A stretch of DNA of 50,887 bases, from assembly GCA_964525595.1 (NCBI GenBank), contig CAZGHF010000002.1, positions 1-50,887 on the forward strand, in the 5' to 3' direction. A model generated the notes under the pieces. That model was given only the letters and a program-made list of their open reading frames with translations, did no database searches and was not told where the DNA came from. Origin of the DNA: an uncultured Candidatus Saccharibacteria bacterium. Its GTDB lineage: Bacteria > Patescibacteriota > Minisyncoccia > UBA6257 > GWB1-50-10. Below, one piece after another: positions 18,263-27,776 of the stretch (its first letter is position 1; each line of letters begins with the position of its first letter). The position numbers and the translations under genes were made by a program.

Positions 18263-19297
18263 TTGGTTGCTAAGATGATTTTCAAAAAAAGCATCGGTAT
18301 AGATTTGGGAACTGACACCACTCAGATATATCTCGTCGGGGGCGGGGTGGTTTTGAACGAACCGTCAATCGCCGCTTTTAACAACCGGACGAACCGGGTG
18401 ATAGCTTACGGCTCGGAGGCTAAGAAAATGCTCTCGCGAACTCCGACTCATATTACCGTTGCCCGGCCGATCACTCACGGCGGCCTTGCCGATCTTGACA
18501 TGGCTCGGTAAATGGTCCGACGGTTTATGAAGGGCACGCGACTACGCTGGTCCTGGCTTACCCGGGTTGTGGTGAGCGTTCCCACTAATCTCACCGAAGT
18601 TGAAAGAAAATCGGTTGAAGACTTAATCAAAGAATCCGGTGCTAATGAGATTTACCTTGTCGAGCAGCCGCTTGCGGCCGCTCTAGGCAGTCAGCTGGAC
18701 ATTGAAGAACCCACCGCCTATTTGGTTTTGGACATCGGGGCCGGTACCACCGACATGGCGATTATTTCTATGAACGGCATTGTTACGTCAAAACGCCTCA
18801 AGGTTGCCGGTGATTATCTGAACAATGAAATAGTAAAGGCAACAAGAGACGAATTAAAACTTCATATTGGTGAACCAACGGCTGAGGAGATAAAAGTCAT
18901 GGTTGGTGCCGCTGTGCCCCAGTCTGAGCGTTTGGAGATTTCGGTAAGGGGAAGAGACATCTCGAGCGGCCTACCTCGCGAGGTGGTGGTGAAAGATACG
19001 CAGGTTAGAAACTGGCTTACAAAACCGCTTAAACTCATTATTGAAGGACTAAAGGATTTAATAGAATCTTCACCGCCGGAGCTCGTCGGCGACATTCACA
19101 AAAACGGCATTTACATGTGCGGCGGAATGAGCCAGCTTCGGGGTTTGGATGAACTTTTTGAGAAGGAAACAGGTGTGGGAGTAAAACTTGTTGACGAGCC
19201 CCTGACCTGCGTTGTGAGAGGGACGGGAATTATTGTCGAGAATTTTGAAAAGTATCGCCATCTTTTAGATAATTTTTCCACTTTAAAAATGGGATGA
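18263..19297 (+). pseudogene. mreB: Rod-shape protein MreB interrupted by a single in-frame TAA (18509-18511)
   Basis: The two track ORFs (18263-18511 and 18512-19297) are contiguous and in the same frame. Joined, they read as a full MreB (IGIDLGT...ARPITHGGLADLDMAR*MVRRFMK...LVLDIGAGTTD...MCGGMSQLRGL). The likely true start is the ATG at 18275. Confidence 0.8.
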
Positions 19298-19995
19298 CTC
19301 CAATAACTAAATCACCACGATTTTTTTTAGGCATTCTTTTTATTGTAGTTCTTCTCCTCACGACCTTTTTTTATCGCAACGAAACCCTTTCTTTTTTAGG
19401 GGTTATCCGCTCTTTTCAGTACGAAGAACTGGAAGCGCTTGAACTTGAGAACTTGGTGCTTAGAGCAGAAGTCGAAGAGTTGAGGGAGAAGAGCGATGTC
19501 GTTGGCGATTCCTACGTTGAAGCAAAAGTTTATTCCCGCTATCCCTTTAACGACCGTAGGTCTGTAGTTGTGAATCTTGGAGGGAAGGATGGTATTCGTA
19601 AAGGGATGCCGGTGCTTGCAAGGGAGGGCGTTCTTCTTGGCAAGGTGAAAAGTGTTTTTGGAAGACAAAGTCTGGTGGAGACTATTTTTGACCCCGCTTG
19701 GCGTTCAAGCGCCATTATTGGCGGTCCCGGCGGCTCGGGAGAATCTTCGGTTGGAGTTAAAGCTCTCGTTGAAGGCGGGATAAATCCATCCCTCACTCTT
19801 ATCTCAAAGGAATCAATCATTGTGCCGGGGGACCGGGTGTGGAATATTTCACCGGAATTTCCTTTTGGGCTTTTGCTGGGTGAGTTGAGCAAGGTGAAAC
19901 CGACGTCGGATGATATCTGGCTTGCGGCTGAGCTTCATACTCTCTATGACTTCGAGGACTTGACGAAGGTTTTAATAGTTACAAACTTCCCTTGA
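19294..19995 (+). CDS. mreC: Rod-shape protein MreC
   Basis: N-terminal TM helix, then a coiled coil (LENLVLRAEVEELREK), then the beta-barrel segment GKDGIRKGMPVL...GVLLGKV. Position is directly after mreB. Confidence 0.75.
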   Translation: MTPITKSPRFFLGILFIVVLLLTTFFYRNETLSFLGVIRSFQYEELEALELENLVLRAEVEELREKSDVVGDSYVEAKVYSRYPFNDRRSVVVNLGGKDGIRKGMPVLAREGVLLGKVKSVFGRQSLVETIFDPAWRSSAIIGGPGGSGESSVGVKALVEGGINPSLTLISKESIIVPGDRVWNISPEFPFGLLLGELSKVKPTSDDIWLAAELHTLYDFEDLTKVLIVTNFP

Positions 19996-20002
19996 TTTCT
20001 AC

Positions 20003-20470
20003 ATGAGAATTTTATCAGCCGTTGCGTTAACCATTGTTTTTTTTATTTTTCAGCAATCTCAATTCCTTAGCATCTACGGCATAAATCCAAATCTTCTTCT
20101 TGTTATTTTTCTTCTGTTTACCTTTAAAGCGGACCTGCTCGGCCAGGCAATTCAAGTTCGGCTTTTGGGCGTTCTTTTTGCAGTTTTAGCCGTTCTCGTA
20201 CTCCTTTTTGTGCCGTTTTGGTTTCTCTATTTTGCCGGCATCTTGGTAGTTGTTCTTATTTTTAACTTTCTGAAGAACTTTATGACTGGAGTCAGGTTCT
20301 TTGATTTTTTGATTAGCGTAATTTTAGGGACGTTTCTTTTCTATTTAATTATCAATTTCTTTGGACTTGGATTACCTTATGTTTTAATCTTATGGGAGGT
20401 TGTGTATAACTTTGTAACAGGGTCGTTATTATACTGGGTATGCTGCACAAAAAATCACAAGTTAATCTAG
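20003..20470 (+). CDS. mreD: Polytopic membrane protein, probable MreD
   Basis: 155-aa, multi-TM ORF located between mreC and PBP2. The assignment rests on position and topology, not on a motif. Confidence 0.5.
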   Translation: MRILSAVALTIVFFIFQQSQFLSIYGINPNLLLVIFLLFTFKADLLGQAIQVRLLGVLFAVLAVLVLLFVPFWFLYFAGILVVVLIFNFLKNFMTGVRFFDFLISVILGTFLFYLIINFFGLGLPYVLILWEVVYNFVTGSLLYWVCCTKNHKLI

Positions 20471-22272
20471 AGGATATTTTATCCGACCACCTGCGGGAAG
20501 ACGACTTAATTGAGGTTCCCTTAAGCTCACAGGTCTTTAGGGGTTTTTGGATAATCATTCTTCTTCTTACTGCCGCGGTTTCTTTTCGGTTTCTGAATCT
20601 GAGTATTACTGACCACTCTTTTTACCGGACTCGGGCTCTTGCTAATATGAGTTACTCGCTTCAGGAATCTGCGCCGCGGGGCGTTATTTTTGACCGTAAT
20701 GGTTTTCCCCTTGTGGAGAATAAACCTGTCCTGGATGTCTTTCTCGTTCCTCACGAGCTTCCAAAAGAGAAGGGAGAGCGCGCCGAAGTTTTGGCATTAG
20801 TTGCGGGGCATCTCGGCCTGGATAAAGGAGAACTTGAGGCGAAACTCAAGGAAAAAGATTGGCATTTCAGCGAGAAATTTCTTCTGAAGAGTAACCCCAG
20901 TTACACCGAAATTGCCACTCTTGAATCAAACAGTTTTTCCGGAGTTCGGATTGAATCAACTTTTCTGAGAACATACCTCGACCCGATGGTTTTTTCTCAT
21001 GTTCTGGGATTTGTGGGTCTTACTGACCGGGAAGAATTAGAAAATAATCCCGAACTTTTCATTGATGACAAGATTGGTAAAGCCGGCCTTGAACTTTACT
21101 ACGATGACAAACTGCGGGGTAAGAGCGGTCGCGAAGTCTACCTTCGCGACGCCTTAGGTGAAGTAAGAGAAAAAGGTACTTCGGTCGAGAGCGTTGCCGG
21201 GGAAGATTTGAAAACTTTTATCGATGCGGAATTCCAAGGATATTTTTATGGGCGGCTCGCTCAGGGGCTAAAAGAGCTTGGTCGGAGCATTGGGGTTGGT
21301 ATTGCTTTAAATCCTAAAAACGGCGAAGTGCTTGCCCTTTTTAACATTCCCGGCGTTGACGTTTCAGAACCAGCCCTTTTTTTAGACGACAAGAACCAGC
21401 CCTTTTTCAACCGGGCAGTGAACGGCCTTTATGCTCCCGGTTCCGCAATAAAGCCGCTCCACGCTGCAGCCGCTCTTGCCGAGGGAGTAATAGATCCCTC
21501 ACACCAAATATTCTCCGCGGGATTTATTGAAATACCGAATCCTTATGACCCGTCACGTCCGAGCCGGTTTGTAGACTGGAAGCCGCACGGCTGGGTGGAT
21601 ATGAAAGCGGCCCTCGCGCGTTCTTCAAACATTTATTTTTATGAGGTTGGCGGAGGTTTTGAGAGCCAGATAGGTTTGGGTATTGAACGCTTGCGTAAGT
21701 GGTGGCAAAAATTCGGCCTCGCCGGGGAAACCGGCATCGATTTACCGGGCGAAGCAAAAGGGTTCTTGCCGAGCCCCTCCTGGAAAGAGAAGGCATTAGA
21801 CGATTCTTGGCGGCTAGGGGACACTTATAACGTCTCAATAGGCCAAGGCGACCTTCTTGTTACTCCGATTGAACTTCTAAATTATATAAGTTCAATTGCC
21901 GCCGACGGAATATTCTACAAGCCAAGGGTGGCGGATTTGGGTAACGATTCCGAGATTATAAACGATTTAAGCGGTGAAATAGGCGGTTATTTAGAGACGA
22001 TTCAGGAAGGAATGAGAGATGCTGTAAGGCAGCCCTACGGCACGGCGGTGATGCTCAGCAGTTTGCCGGTCGAAGCGGCGGCAAAAACCGGTACGGCTCA
22101 GGTTCTGAATAATGAAAAGGTAAATGCCTTTTTCGTGGGTTACGCTCCCTATGACGACCCGGAAATTGCAATTCTTGTTCTTATTGAAGATGCCCGGGAG
22201 GGAAGCTTGAACACTGTACCCATAGCTTACGACGTTCTTTTATGGTACTATAACAACCGATTATGGAAGTAA
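20440..22272 (+). CDS. mrdA: Penicillin-binding protein 2 (elongasome transpeptidase)
   Basis: SxxK (PGSAIKP), SxN (RSSNIYF) and KTG (KTGTAQV) motifs. N-terminal TM anchor. Lies in the mre operon. Confidence 0.85.
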   Translation: MLHKKSQVNLEDILSDHLREDDLIEVPLSSQVFRGFWIIILLLTAAVSFRFLNLSITDHSFYRTRALANMSYSLQESAPRGVIFDRNGFPLVENKPVLDVFLVPHELPKEKGERAEVLALVAGHLGLDKGELEAKLKEKDWHFSEKFLLKSNPSYTEIATLESNSFSGVRIESTFLRTYLDPMVFSHVLGFVGLTDREELENNPELFIDDKIGKAGLELYYDDKLRGKSGREVYLRDALGEVREKGTSVESVAGEDLKTFIDAEFQGYFYGRLAQGLKELGRSIGVGIALNPKNGEVLALFNIPGVDVSEPALFLDDKNQPFFNRAVNGLYAPGSAIKPLHAAAALAEGVIDPSHQIFSAGFIEIPNPYDPSRPSRFVDWKPHGWVDMKAALARSSNIYFYEVGGGFESQIGLGIERLRKWWQKFGLAGETGIDLPGEAKGFLPSPSWKEKALDDSWRLGDTYNVSIGQGDLLVTPIELLNYISSIAADGIFYKPRVADLGNDSEIINDLSGEIGGYLETIQEGMRDAVRQPYGTAVMLSSLPVEAAAKTGTAQVLNNEKVNAFFVGYAPYDDPEIAILVLIEDAREGSLNTVPIAYDVLLWYYNNRLWK

Positions 22273-22724
22273 ATTATCTATCCCAAGAACGCTACGACGA
22301 AATTCAAAAAGAAATCAAAGAACTTAAGACCGATGGCCGGCTTGAGGTGGCAAAGCGTCTAAAGCAAGCTAAAGAACTTGGTGATCTTTCGGAAAACTCT
22401 GAGTATCAGGAGGCAAAAGCGGCTCAGGCAGAACTTGAGAGGAGAATTAATGAGCTGAACGGAACCCTGCGGAACGCCTCCATTATTAAAAAATCAGTCG
22501 GGGCCGCGACTGTAAGAATTGGTTCTCAGGTTCATCTTGAAAAAGACGATAAAAGCGAGGTTAGTTATGCGATTGTCGGCTCAAGCGAGGCTTCGCCAAT
22601 CAAGGGTTTTATTTCCAACGAGTCGCCGCTTGGTCGGGCGATTCTCGGCAAGAAGATAGATGACGTCGTTCAAATTGAAACACCTGTTGGCAAGAAAGGT
22701 TACAAAATCTTGGCTATTGAGTAA
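22263..22724 (+). CDS. greA: Transcription elongation factor GreA
   Basis: GreA coiled-coil region with GDLSENSEYQEAK, and the C-terminal ...ISNESPLGRAILGKK.DD. Confidence 0.9.
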   Translation: MEVNYLSQERYDEIQKEIKELKTDGRLEVAKRLKQAKELGDLSENSEYQEAKAAQAELERRINELNGTLRNASIIKKSVGAATVRIGSQVHLEKDDKSEVSYAIVGSSEASPIKGFISNESPLGRAILGKKIDDVVQIETPVGKKGYKILAIE

Positions 22725-22742
22725 CGGACCTAAAAATTAAGC

Positions 22743-24182
22743 ATGCTCGATGATTTAATCAAAGAGAAAAGGCGGAAGCTTGAAAAGTACGCTGAAACGG
22801 AAGAACCTTATCCGGCCGAAGTTAAACGCGATTTTCCTTTAGACAAAATAACGGGCAACTTTGGAAAATTTGAAGGAAAAAATTTATCTGTTGTCGGACG
22901 GGTGATGGCTTGTCGTGACCAGGGAAAAATAATTTTTCTGGTCGTTAATGACGGTTCAGGCCGTCTTCAGTTGGTTATAAGTGAAAAGAAGACGGATAAT
23001 TTTAAACTTATTAAGGAGACTTTTGATATTGGCGATTTCGTGGAGGCTGAAGGCAGGGTTTTTAAAACAGAGCGCGGCGAGAAAAGTCTTGAGGTAAAAA
23101 GAGCGAAAATCATTGCCAAAAGCTTGCGGCCGCTCCCAGCCGAATGGTTTGGCATTGAAGACGTTGAAACGCGCTTGCGGGAAAGATATCTGGATATTCT
23201 TTTCCGCCCTGAGGTAAAGGAAATGTTCATTAAAAAAAGCCGCTTTTGGGATGAAGTTAGGGCTTTTATGAAAAAAGAGGATTTTTTGGAAGTGGAAATG
23301 CCGATATTTGAAAATGTTCCTGGCGGAGCGGACGCTGAGCCGTTTGTAACCCATATGAATGCCCTGGACAGAGATTTCTATCTTCGGATTTCTCTTGAGC
23401 TGCCCTTGAAAAAACTTCTGGTCGGCGGCTACGAAAAAGTTTTCGAGGTGGGAAGGATTTTCCGTAATGAGGGGATAGACAAAGAGCATCTTCAGGACTA
23501 CACCCAAATGGAATGTTATTGGGCCTATGCCGATTACAACGATATGATGAAGTTGATGGAAAGTTTGTACAAGCACGTGATAAAAAAAGTTTTCGGGACA
23601 ATGAAGATAAAATCATACGGAGTTATGGTTGATTGGTCCAAGGGTTGGAAGAGGGTAGATTATTATAAGATTTTCAAACGGGAAGCCGGCCTTGATTTAA
23701 AAACGGCAACCCGGGACGACCTTTTTAAGAGAGCTCAAGGTTTAAGGTTGGGGCCGGATAAGAACGCGAGCAAGGGGCGGCTCATTGACCTTATTTTTAA
23801 AAATACTGCCCGGAAAAAGCTTGTAGAACCGTCATTTTTGGTTGACCCGCCGGTTGAAATAGAGCCGCTTGCCAAACGCAGCCGGAGCGACCCGGGGCGG
23901 GTGAAAAGATTTCAGATTGTGGCTCACGGTACTGAACTTGGTAAGGGATTTTCGGAACTAAATAATCCGATTGACCAGCGGGAAAGATTCGAGGAGCAGA
24001 TGAAGTTAAGAGCTGAAGGCGATAAGGAAGCTCAACAGCTTGACGAAGAATACTTGCGGGCGATGGAGTACGGCATGCCGCCATCAGCCGGCTTTGGCAT
24101 GTCCGAAAGACTCTTCGCCGTTTTAATGGACAAGCCGGTAAGGGAAACGGTCGTCTTTCCCTTAATGAGAGAAAAAGAATAG
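22743..24182 (+). CDS. lysS: Lysyl-tRNA synthetase, class II
   Basis: OB anticodon-binding N-domain, RYLD, motif 2 (FRNEGID..H..DYT.ME.Y.AY.DY) and motif 3 (GMPPSAGFGMSERL). Confidence 0.9.
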   Translation: MLDDLIKEKRRKLEKYAETEEPYPAEVKRDFPLDKITGNFGKFEGKNLSVVGRVMACRDQGKIIFLVVNDGSGRLQLVISEKKTDNFKLIKETFDIGDFVEAEGRVFKTERGEKSLEVKRAKIIAKSLRPLPAEWFGIEDVETRLRERYLDILFRPEVKEMFIKKSRFWDEVRAFMKKEDFLEVEMPIFENVPGGADAEPFVTHMNALDRDFYLRISLELPLKKLLVGGYEKVFEVGRIFRNEGIDKEHLQDYTQMECYWAYADYNDMMKLMESLYKHVIKKVFGTMKIKSYGVMVDWSKGWKRVDYYKIFKREAGLDLKTATRDDLFKRAQGLRLGPDKNASKGRLIDLIFKNTARKKLVEPSFLVDPPVEIEPLAKRSRSDPGRVKRFQIVAHGTELGKGFSELNNPIDQRERFEEQMKLRAEGDKEAQQLDEEYLRAMEYGMPPSAGFGMSERLFAVLMDKPVRETVVFPLMREKE

Positions 24183-24187
24183 GTAGT

Positions 24188-24568
24188 ATGAAGCGAGTAA
24201 TGGTATTCGGTACATTTGACGGCCTTCACGAAGGCCACCGGGCCTTTTTGAAGGAAGCCGGAGCCCACGGTGATTATCTTATTGCCGTTATTCCCGCAGA
24301 CGTTATTGTCGAACACTTAAAAGGTCATTTGCCTAAGTTAAATCTTGCCGAGAGGTTTGAAAATCTTAAAAAGGAAGACAAGGTTGATGAAGTCGTGGTT
24401 GGCGATGAAAAATTGGGAACTTGGGAAGTGGTTAAAAAACATAAACCGGATATAATTGCAATAGGTTACGATCAATATACCTTGAGAAAAGATTTGGAAA
24501 GTCATCTTGATGACTTGGGTTTTACCCCCGAGATAAAAGTAATGCACAGCTACGAGAAAAATGCTTGA
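24188..24568 (+). CDS. Cytidylyltransferase-like nucleotidyltransferase (RibL/FAD-synthase-like family)
   Basis: N-terminal GTFDGLHEGH (HxGH-type nucleotidyltransferase motif). 126 aa. Confidence 0.6.
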   Translation: MKRVMVFGTFDGLHEGHRAFLKEAGAHGDYLIAVIPADVIVEHLKGHLPKLNLAERFENLKKEDKVDEVVVGDEKLGTWEVVKKHKPDIIAIGYDQYTLRKDLESHLDDLGFTPEIKVMHSYEKNA

Positions 24569-25862
24569 CGTAAATCTAATCCGGCAGGACCCGGAAAAAG
24601 TTAAAAAAGGGATAGAAAAAAAAGGAGTTGACCCTAAGCTGGTTGATAAATTCCTCCGTCTTGACGAGAAATGGCGTAAAGTCTCGGAACTTCTTGGTAA
24701 TCTTCAGGCTGAACAGAACAAAATTTCCAAGAGCATTGCCGGGGATAAAAGCGACCATCTTATGAGTCAAGCTCAGGTCTTGAAGAAAAGAATCGCAGAG
24801 GTGGGAGAAGAGGAAAGAGAGCTGAAGGAAAAAAGAGACGAGATTTTGTATCAGTTGCCGAATTTGCCTTTCGACGAAGTCCCGGTCGGTAAGAACGAAA
24901 GCGAAAACAAGGTTTTGCGTGAGGTTGGAAAGAAGCCGAATTTTGATTTTAAGTTTAAAGATTATCTGACTTTAGGTGAATCTCTTGATCTGATAGATGT
25001 AAAAACCGCCTCGCTGGTTTCCGGTACGCGGTTCGGTTATTTGAAGAGAGAGGTAGTCATGCTTGAATTCGCCCTTGTCTGGTACACGATGAAGACCCTT
25101 GCCGACGAAAAGGAACTTTCCAAAATAGCGAAAAAATTCGGCCTCGGAAACGCGAGCGTTAAACCGTTTATTCCGGTTGTCCCTCCGCAAATGGTCAAGG
25201 CCGAGGTTATGCAAAAAATGGCTCGTCTTGAACCGAAGGAAGAGCGGTATCACATACCTTCTGACGATTTGTACTTGATAGGAAGCGCCGAGCATTCCCT
25301 GGGTCCGATGCATATGAATCAGACGTTCTCGGAAGAAGAATTGCCGGTCAGATACATCGGTTTCTCAACTGCTTTTCGCCGGGAAGCCGGCTCCTACGGA
25401 AAGGACACTAGGGGAATTTTGCGGGTTCATCAATTCGACAAATTGGAAATGGAATCTTTTTGTTTGCCGGAGGCTTCGCGGAAGGAACTTGAATTCTTTG
25501 TTGCCTGTCAGGAATATCTGATGCAGGGACTGGAAATATCGTATCAGGTGGTTGAAATCTGTACCGGTGATATGGGCGGACCGGATGCGAAACAGATAGA
25601 TATCGAAGCCTGGCTGCCGAGCGAGAACCGTTACCGGGAAACGCACACTGCCGACCTTATGACTGATTATCAGTCGCGTCGTTTGGGTACCAAAGTTAAA
25701 GTCGGGAGTAAAACGGAATTCGTTCATATGATTGACGCGACTGCATTTGCCGTCGGCCGGACGCTTATAGCTATCATCGAAAACTATCAAACCAAGGATG
25801 GTACCATCAAAATCCCCAAAGCGCTCCAGAAATACGTTGGCAAAAAAGAAATAGGGAAGTAA
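24561..25862 (+). CDS. serS: Seryl-tRNA synthetase
   Basis: LD.N.IR..PE.V N-terminal coiled-coil arm. Class II core (FRREAGSYGKDTRGILRVHQF.K.E; TAFAVGRTLIAIIENYQ). Confidence 0.9.
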   Translation: MLDVNLIRQDPEKVKKGIEKKGVDPKLVDKFLRLDEKWRKVSELLGNLQAEQNKISKSIAGDKSDHLMSQAQVLKKRIAEVGEEERELKEKRDEILYQLPNLPFDEVPVGKNESENKVLREVGKKPNFDFKFKDYLTLGESLDLIDVKTASLVSGTRFGYLKREVVMLEFALVWYTMKTLADEKELSKIAKKFGLGNASVKPFIPVVPPQMVKAEVMQKMARLEPKEERYHIPSDDLYLIGSAEHSLGPMHMNQTFSEEELPVRYIGFSTAFRREAGSYGKDTRGILRVHQFDKLEMESFCLPEASRKELEFFVACQEYLMQGLEISYQVVEICTGDMGGPDAKQIDIEAWLPSENRYRETHTADLMTDYQSRRLGTKVKVGSKTEFVHMIDATAFAVGRTLIAIIENYQTKDGTIKIPKALQKYVGKKEIGK

Positions 25863-25912
25863 CCCCGCTCCTGGTTGATGAGCTTGAGACGGGGGATTAT
25901 TATTAAGGTATT

Positions 25913-26704
25913 GTGAGTGACCTTGTTTTTGAGAAACGGAAAAGGCGGACGCGGGGGAAGTTTTTGCTTTGGTCCGGTATTTTCCTGATTCTTGGCGGGA
26001 TTCTCGTCGGTGCCGCCTATTTTGTTCTTTATTCCGATTTTTTCAAAGTTGAGAGTTTTGAGATTGTTCAGTCCCGGTATACGCCGGATAACGTTCTTCT
26101 TACGGCACTTGATATCGAAATGATTGCCCGTTCCCGGTTTCTTTCGATACTTGGGACGGATAACATTCTTTTTTGGGAGTTTGGTAAAAAACCCGAAACC
26201 TTGACCGCCCTGCCGCTTATTGCTCGGATATCGGTTGAGACCGACCTTACTGCCCGAAAAGTTCTAATAAAAGCGGAAGAGCGTGATTTTTTGGGCATTT
26301 GGTGCCTACCGAGCGGAGATTGTTACGCCTTTGATGATGAAGGTATTATTTTCGCCCGAGCGCCGGAGGCGGAAGGCGCACTTATTTTGAAAGTGACGAG
26401 TGAGAACGACAGGCCAGTTGTTTTGGGTAATCCTATTTTTGTAAACCCAGCCTGGCGGAATAACTTTTTTCAGACTCTGGAGATTATTAAAAAACACGGC
26501 TTGGTTATCTCCCGGGTAACCGTAAAAGATTTTCAAATTGAAGAATGGGAAATTAAAGTTGCCGAAGGGCCGGTTTTCCAATTTAATTTTAATTTTACAC
26601 CGCCTAATTTAGGGAGGATTTTGGAAAATCTCGACGATAAGTTTGAGCTCGACAGAGTCACTTATTTTGATTTCCGAGTGGAGAACAGAATTTATTATGA
26701 GTAG
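25913..26704 (+). CDS. FtsQ/DivIB-like cell-division protein (TM helix plus POTRA-like region)
   Basis: GTG start. Basic N-terminus, one TM helix (FLLWSGIFLILGGILVGAAYFVL), then an F.VE.FEI segment typical of POTRA. The similarity is weak and judged by eye only. Confidence 0.45.
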   Translation: MSDLVFEKRKRRTRGKFLLWSGIFLILGGILVGAAYFVLYSDFFKVESFEIVQSRYTPDNVLLTALDIEMIARSRFLSILGTDNILFWEFGKKPETLTALPLIARISVETDLTARKVLIKAEERDFLGIWCLPSGDCYAFDDEGIIFARAPEAEGALILKVTSENDRPVVLGNPIFVNPAWRNNFFQTLEIIKKHGLVISRVTVKDFQIEEWEIKVAEGPVFQFNFNFTPPNLGRILENLDDKFELDRVTYFDFRVENRIYYE

Positions 26705-26735
26705 CCCCGCGGCGGGGCAAGTTTGCTTTTTTCCG
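26704..26735 (+). terminator. Intrinsic terminator after the ftsQ-like gene
   Basis: GCCCCGC-G-GCGGGGC hairpin (26704-26718) followed by AAGTTTGCTTTTTT. Confidence 0.7.
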
Positions 26736-26811
26736 GCTGTTCCCGTAACTTGGTAGACAGCACGAGATTTGAAAACTGCCTAATTCGAAAACTACCTGAG
26801 GAGGTGGAATT

Positions 26812-27531
26812 ATGTCGTCGAACGGGATTTTCAGCTCCGCCGAGATTGCCGAGATGGGCCAGGAGGAAATCCTTCGGCTCACTCCCGAGGACTTCCGTGG
26901 GGACATGGACCAGCGTACGCTCCAGCGCATTCTGGAGAAATGCGGCGCCCTCTGGCTTCATTCGAGTGACCCGGCCGCGCCGCACGCCGAACTCCCTTCA
27001 AGGGAGTGCAGTAACGGGTTCGTGGATGTAAGCTGCGTTCTCCAGTACCCGAACCTCTGCGAGCTTCTCGCGAGATTGCTCGTTCGCAAGCTTCGGGCCA
27101 ACTACTTCCGCGGCGTTCGCTGGGTGGCTACCTCGGATGAGGCGGCGGCACCTCTCGCCTCGGCAGTGGCCGACTGCATCAGTCTCACTAAGGAAGGACC
27201 GAAGAGCACCCGGGTTTGGGAGTCGTCCATTCCCATCCAACCCGATGAGCCGGTGCTCCAGGTGGAGGGTGAGGTAATCACCCTGGACGCGCTCGAGAGG
27301 ACGCGTCGGAGTATTCGGGAGGAAAATCCGGACGGAGTGACTTTCGCCTCAGCGGTTCTCACCGTCGTCCATCACCCCACTTTCCACTGGCTTGAGGGTG
27401 GTTCGCTCGTTGCCTTCCTTTTTCGTGTGGATATCGAGACGTGGGAACAAGAGGAATGTCCTCTCTGCAAGGCGGGCTCCGAGCGCCTCCGGCTCGGGCA
27501 AGACTGGGCCAAGCTCACGAGACGGGCCTGA
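26812..27531 (+). CDS. Divergent phosphoribosyltransferase-like (PyrE-like) protein, GC-rich ORF
   Basis: HAELPSRECSNGFVD resembles the H.EL.SG.HS..F.. segment of PyrE-like PRTases. The C-terminal CPLCKAGS tail is typical of that group. The PRPP loop is degenerate (VLQVEGEVITLDA instead of V..VDDV.TTG). Confidence 0.45.
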   Translation: MSSNGIFSSAEIAEMGQEEILRLTPEDFRGDMDQRTLQRILEKCGALWLHSSDPAAPHAELPSRECSNGFVDVSCVLQYPNLCELLARLLVRKLRANYFRGVRWVATSDEAAAPLASAVADCISLTKEGPKSTRVWESSIPIQPDEPVLQVEGEVITLDALERTRRSIREENPDGVTFASAVLTVVHHPTFHWLEGGSLVAFLFRVDIETWEQEECPLCKAGSERLRLGQDWAKLTRRA

Positions 27532-27556
27532 AAATCAGGCCCCCAGCAAAAAGCTA

Positions 27557-27590
27557 AGCGGCACCGATTCCCTGGTGCCGCTTTTCACAT
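27557..27590 (+). terminator. Intrinsic terminator
   Basis: AGCGGCACC-GATTCCCT-GGTGCCGCT hairpin followed by a T-rich tract. Confidence 0.7.
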
Positions 27591-27600
27591 TTTACTTTTG

Positions 27601-27609
27601 TGTTATAAT
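27601..27609 (+). promoter_or_regulatory. Extended -10 promoter element (TGTTATAAT) for the metK leader
   Basis: TGnTATAAT lies about 20 nt upstream of the riboswitch P1 helix. Confidence 0.55.
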
Positions 27610-27625
27610 GCCTGTTACAACCGAA

Positions 27626-27776
27626 TAGTTATCAAGAGCGCGGGGAGGGGACTGGCCCAGTGATCCGCCAACAACTTGTCCCGACGCGAGGTCGGGATAA
27701 AGTGCTAAATCCAGCCCTGTTTAGGGAAAGATAAAATTTTATCCTTCTTTCCTTCTTCAGGAAAGATTTTATTTTT
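27626..27776 (+). promoter_or_regulatory. SAM-I (S-box) riboswitch plus expression platform upstream of metK
   Basis: TTATCAAGAG...GGGGAGGGGACTGGCCCAGTGATCC...CCAACAAC...AAAGTGCTAAATCCAGC...AAAGATAA matches the S-box core, with P1 formed by TTATC/GATAA. It is followed by a CTTTCC-N7-GGAAAG hairpin and ATTTTATTTTT just before the ATG. Confidence 0.85.

Noticed and set aside
26723-27031. ORFs 26723-27031(+), 26695-26985(-), 26658-26930(-), 27102-27362(-) and 27392-27628(+) in the GC-rich segment.
   Set aside because: High GC content suppresses stop codons in all frames. Only 26812-27531 has family-like motifs and a terminator-bounded layout.
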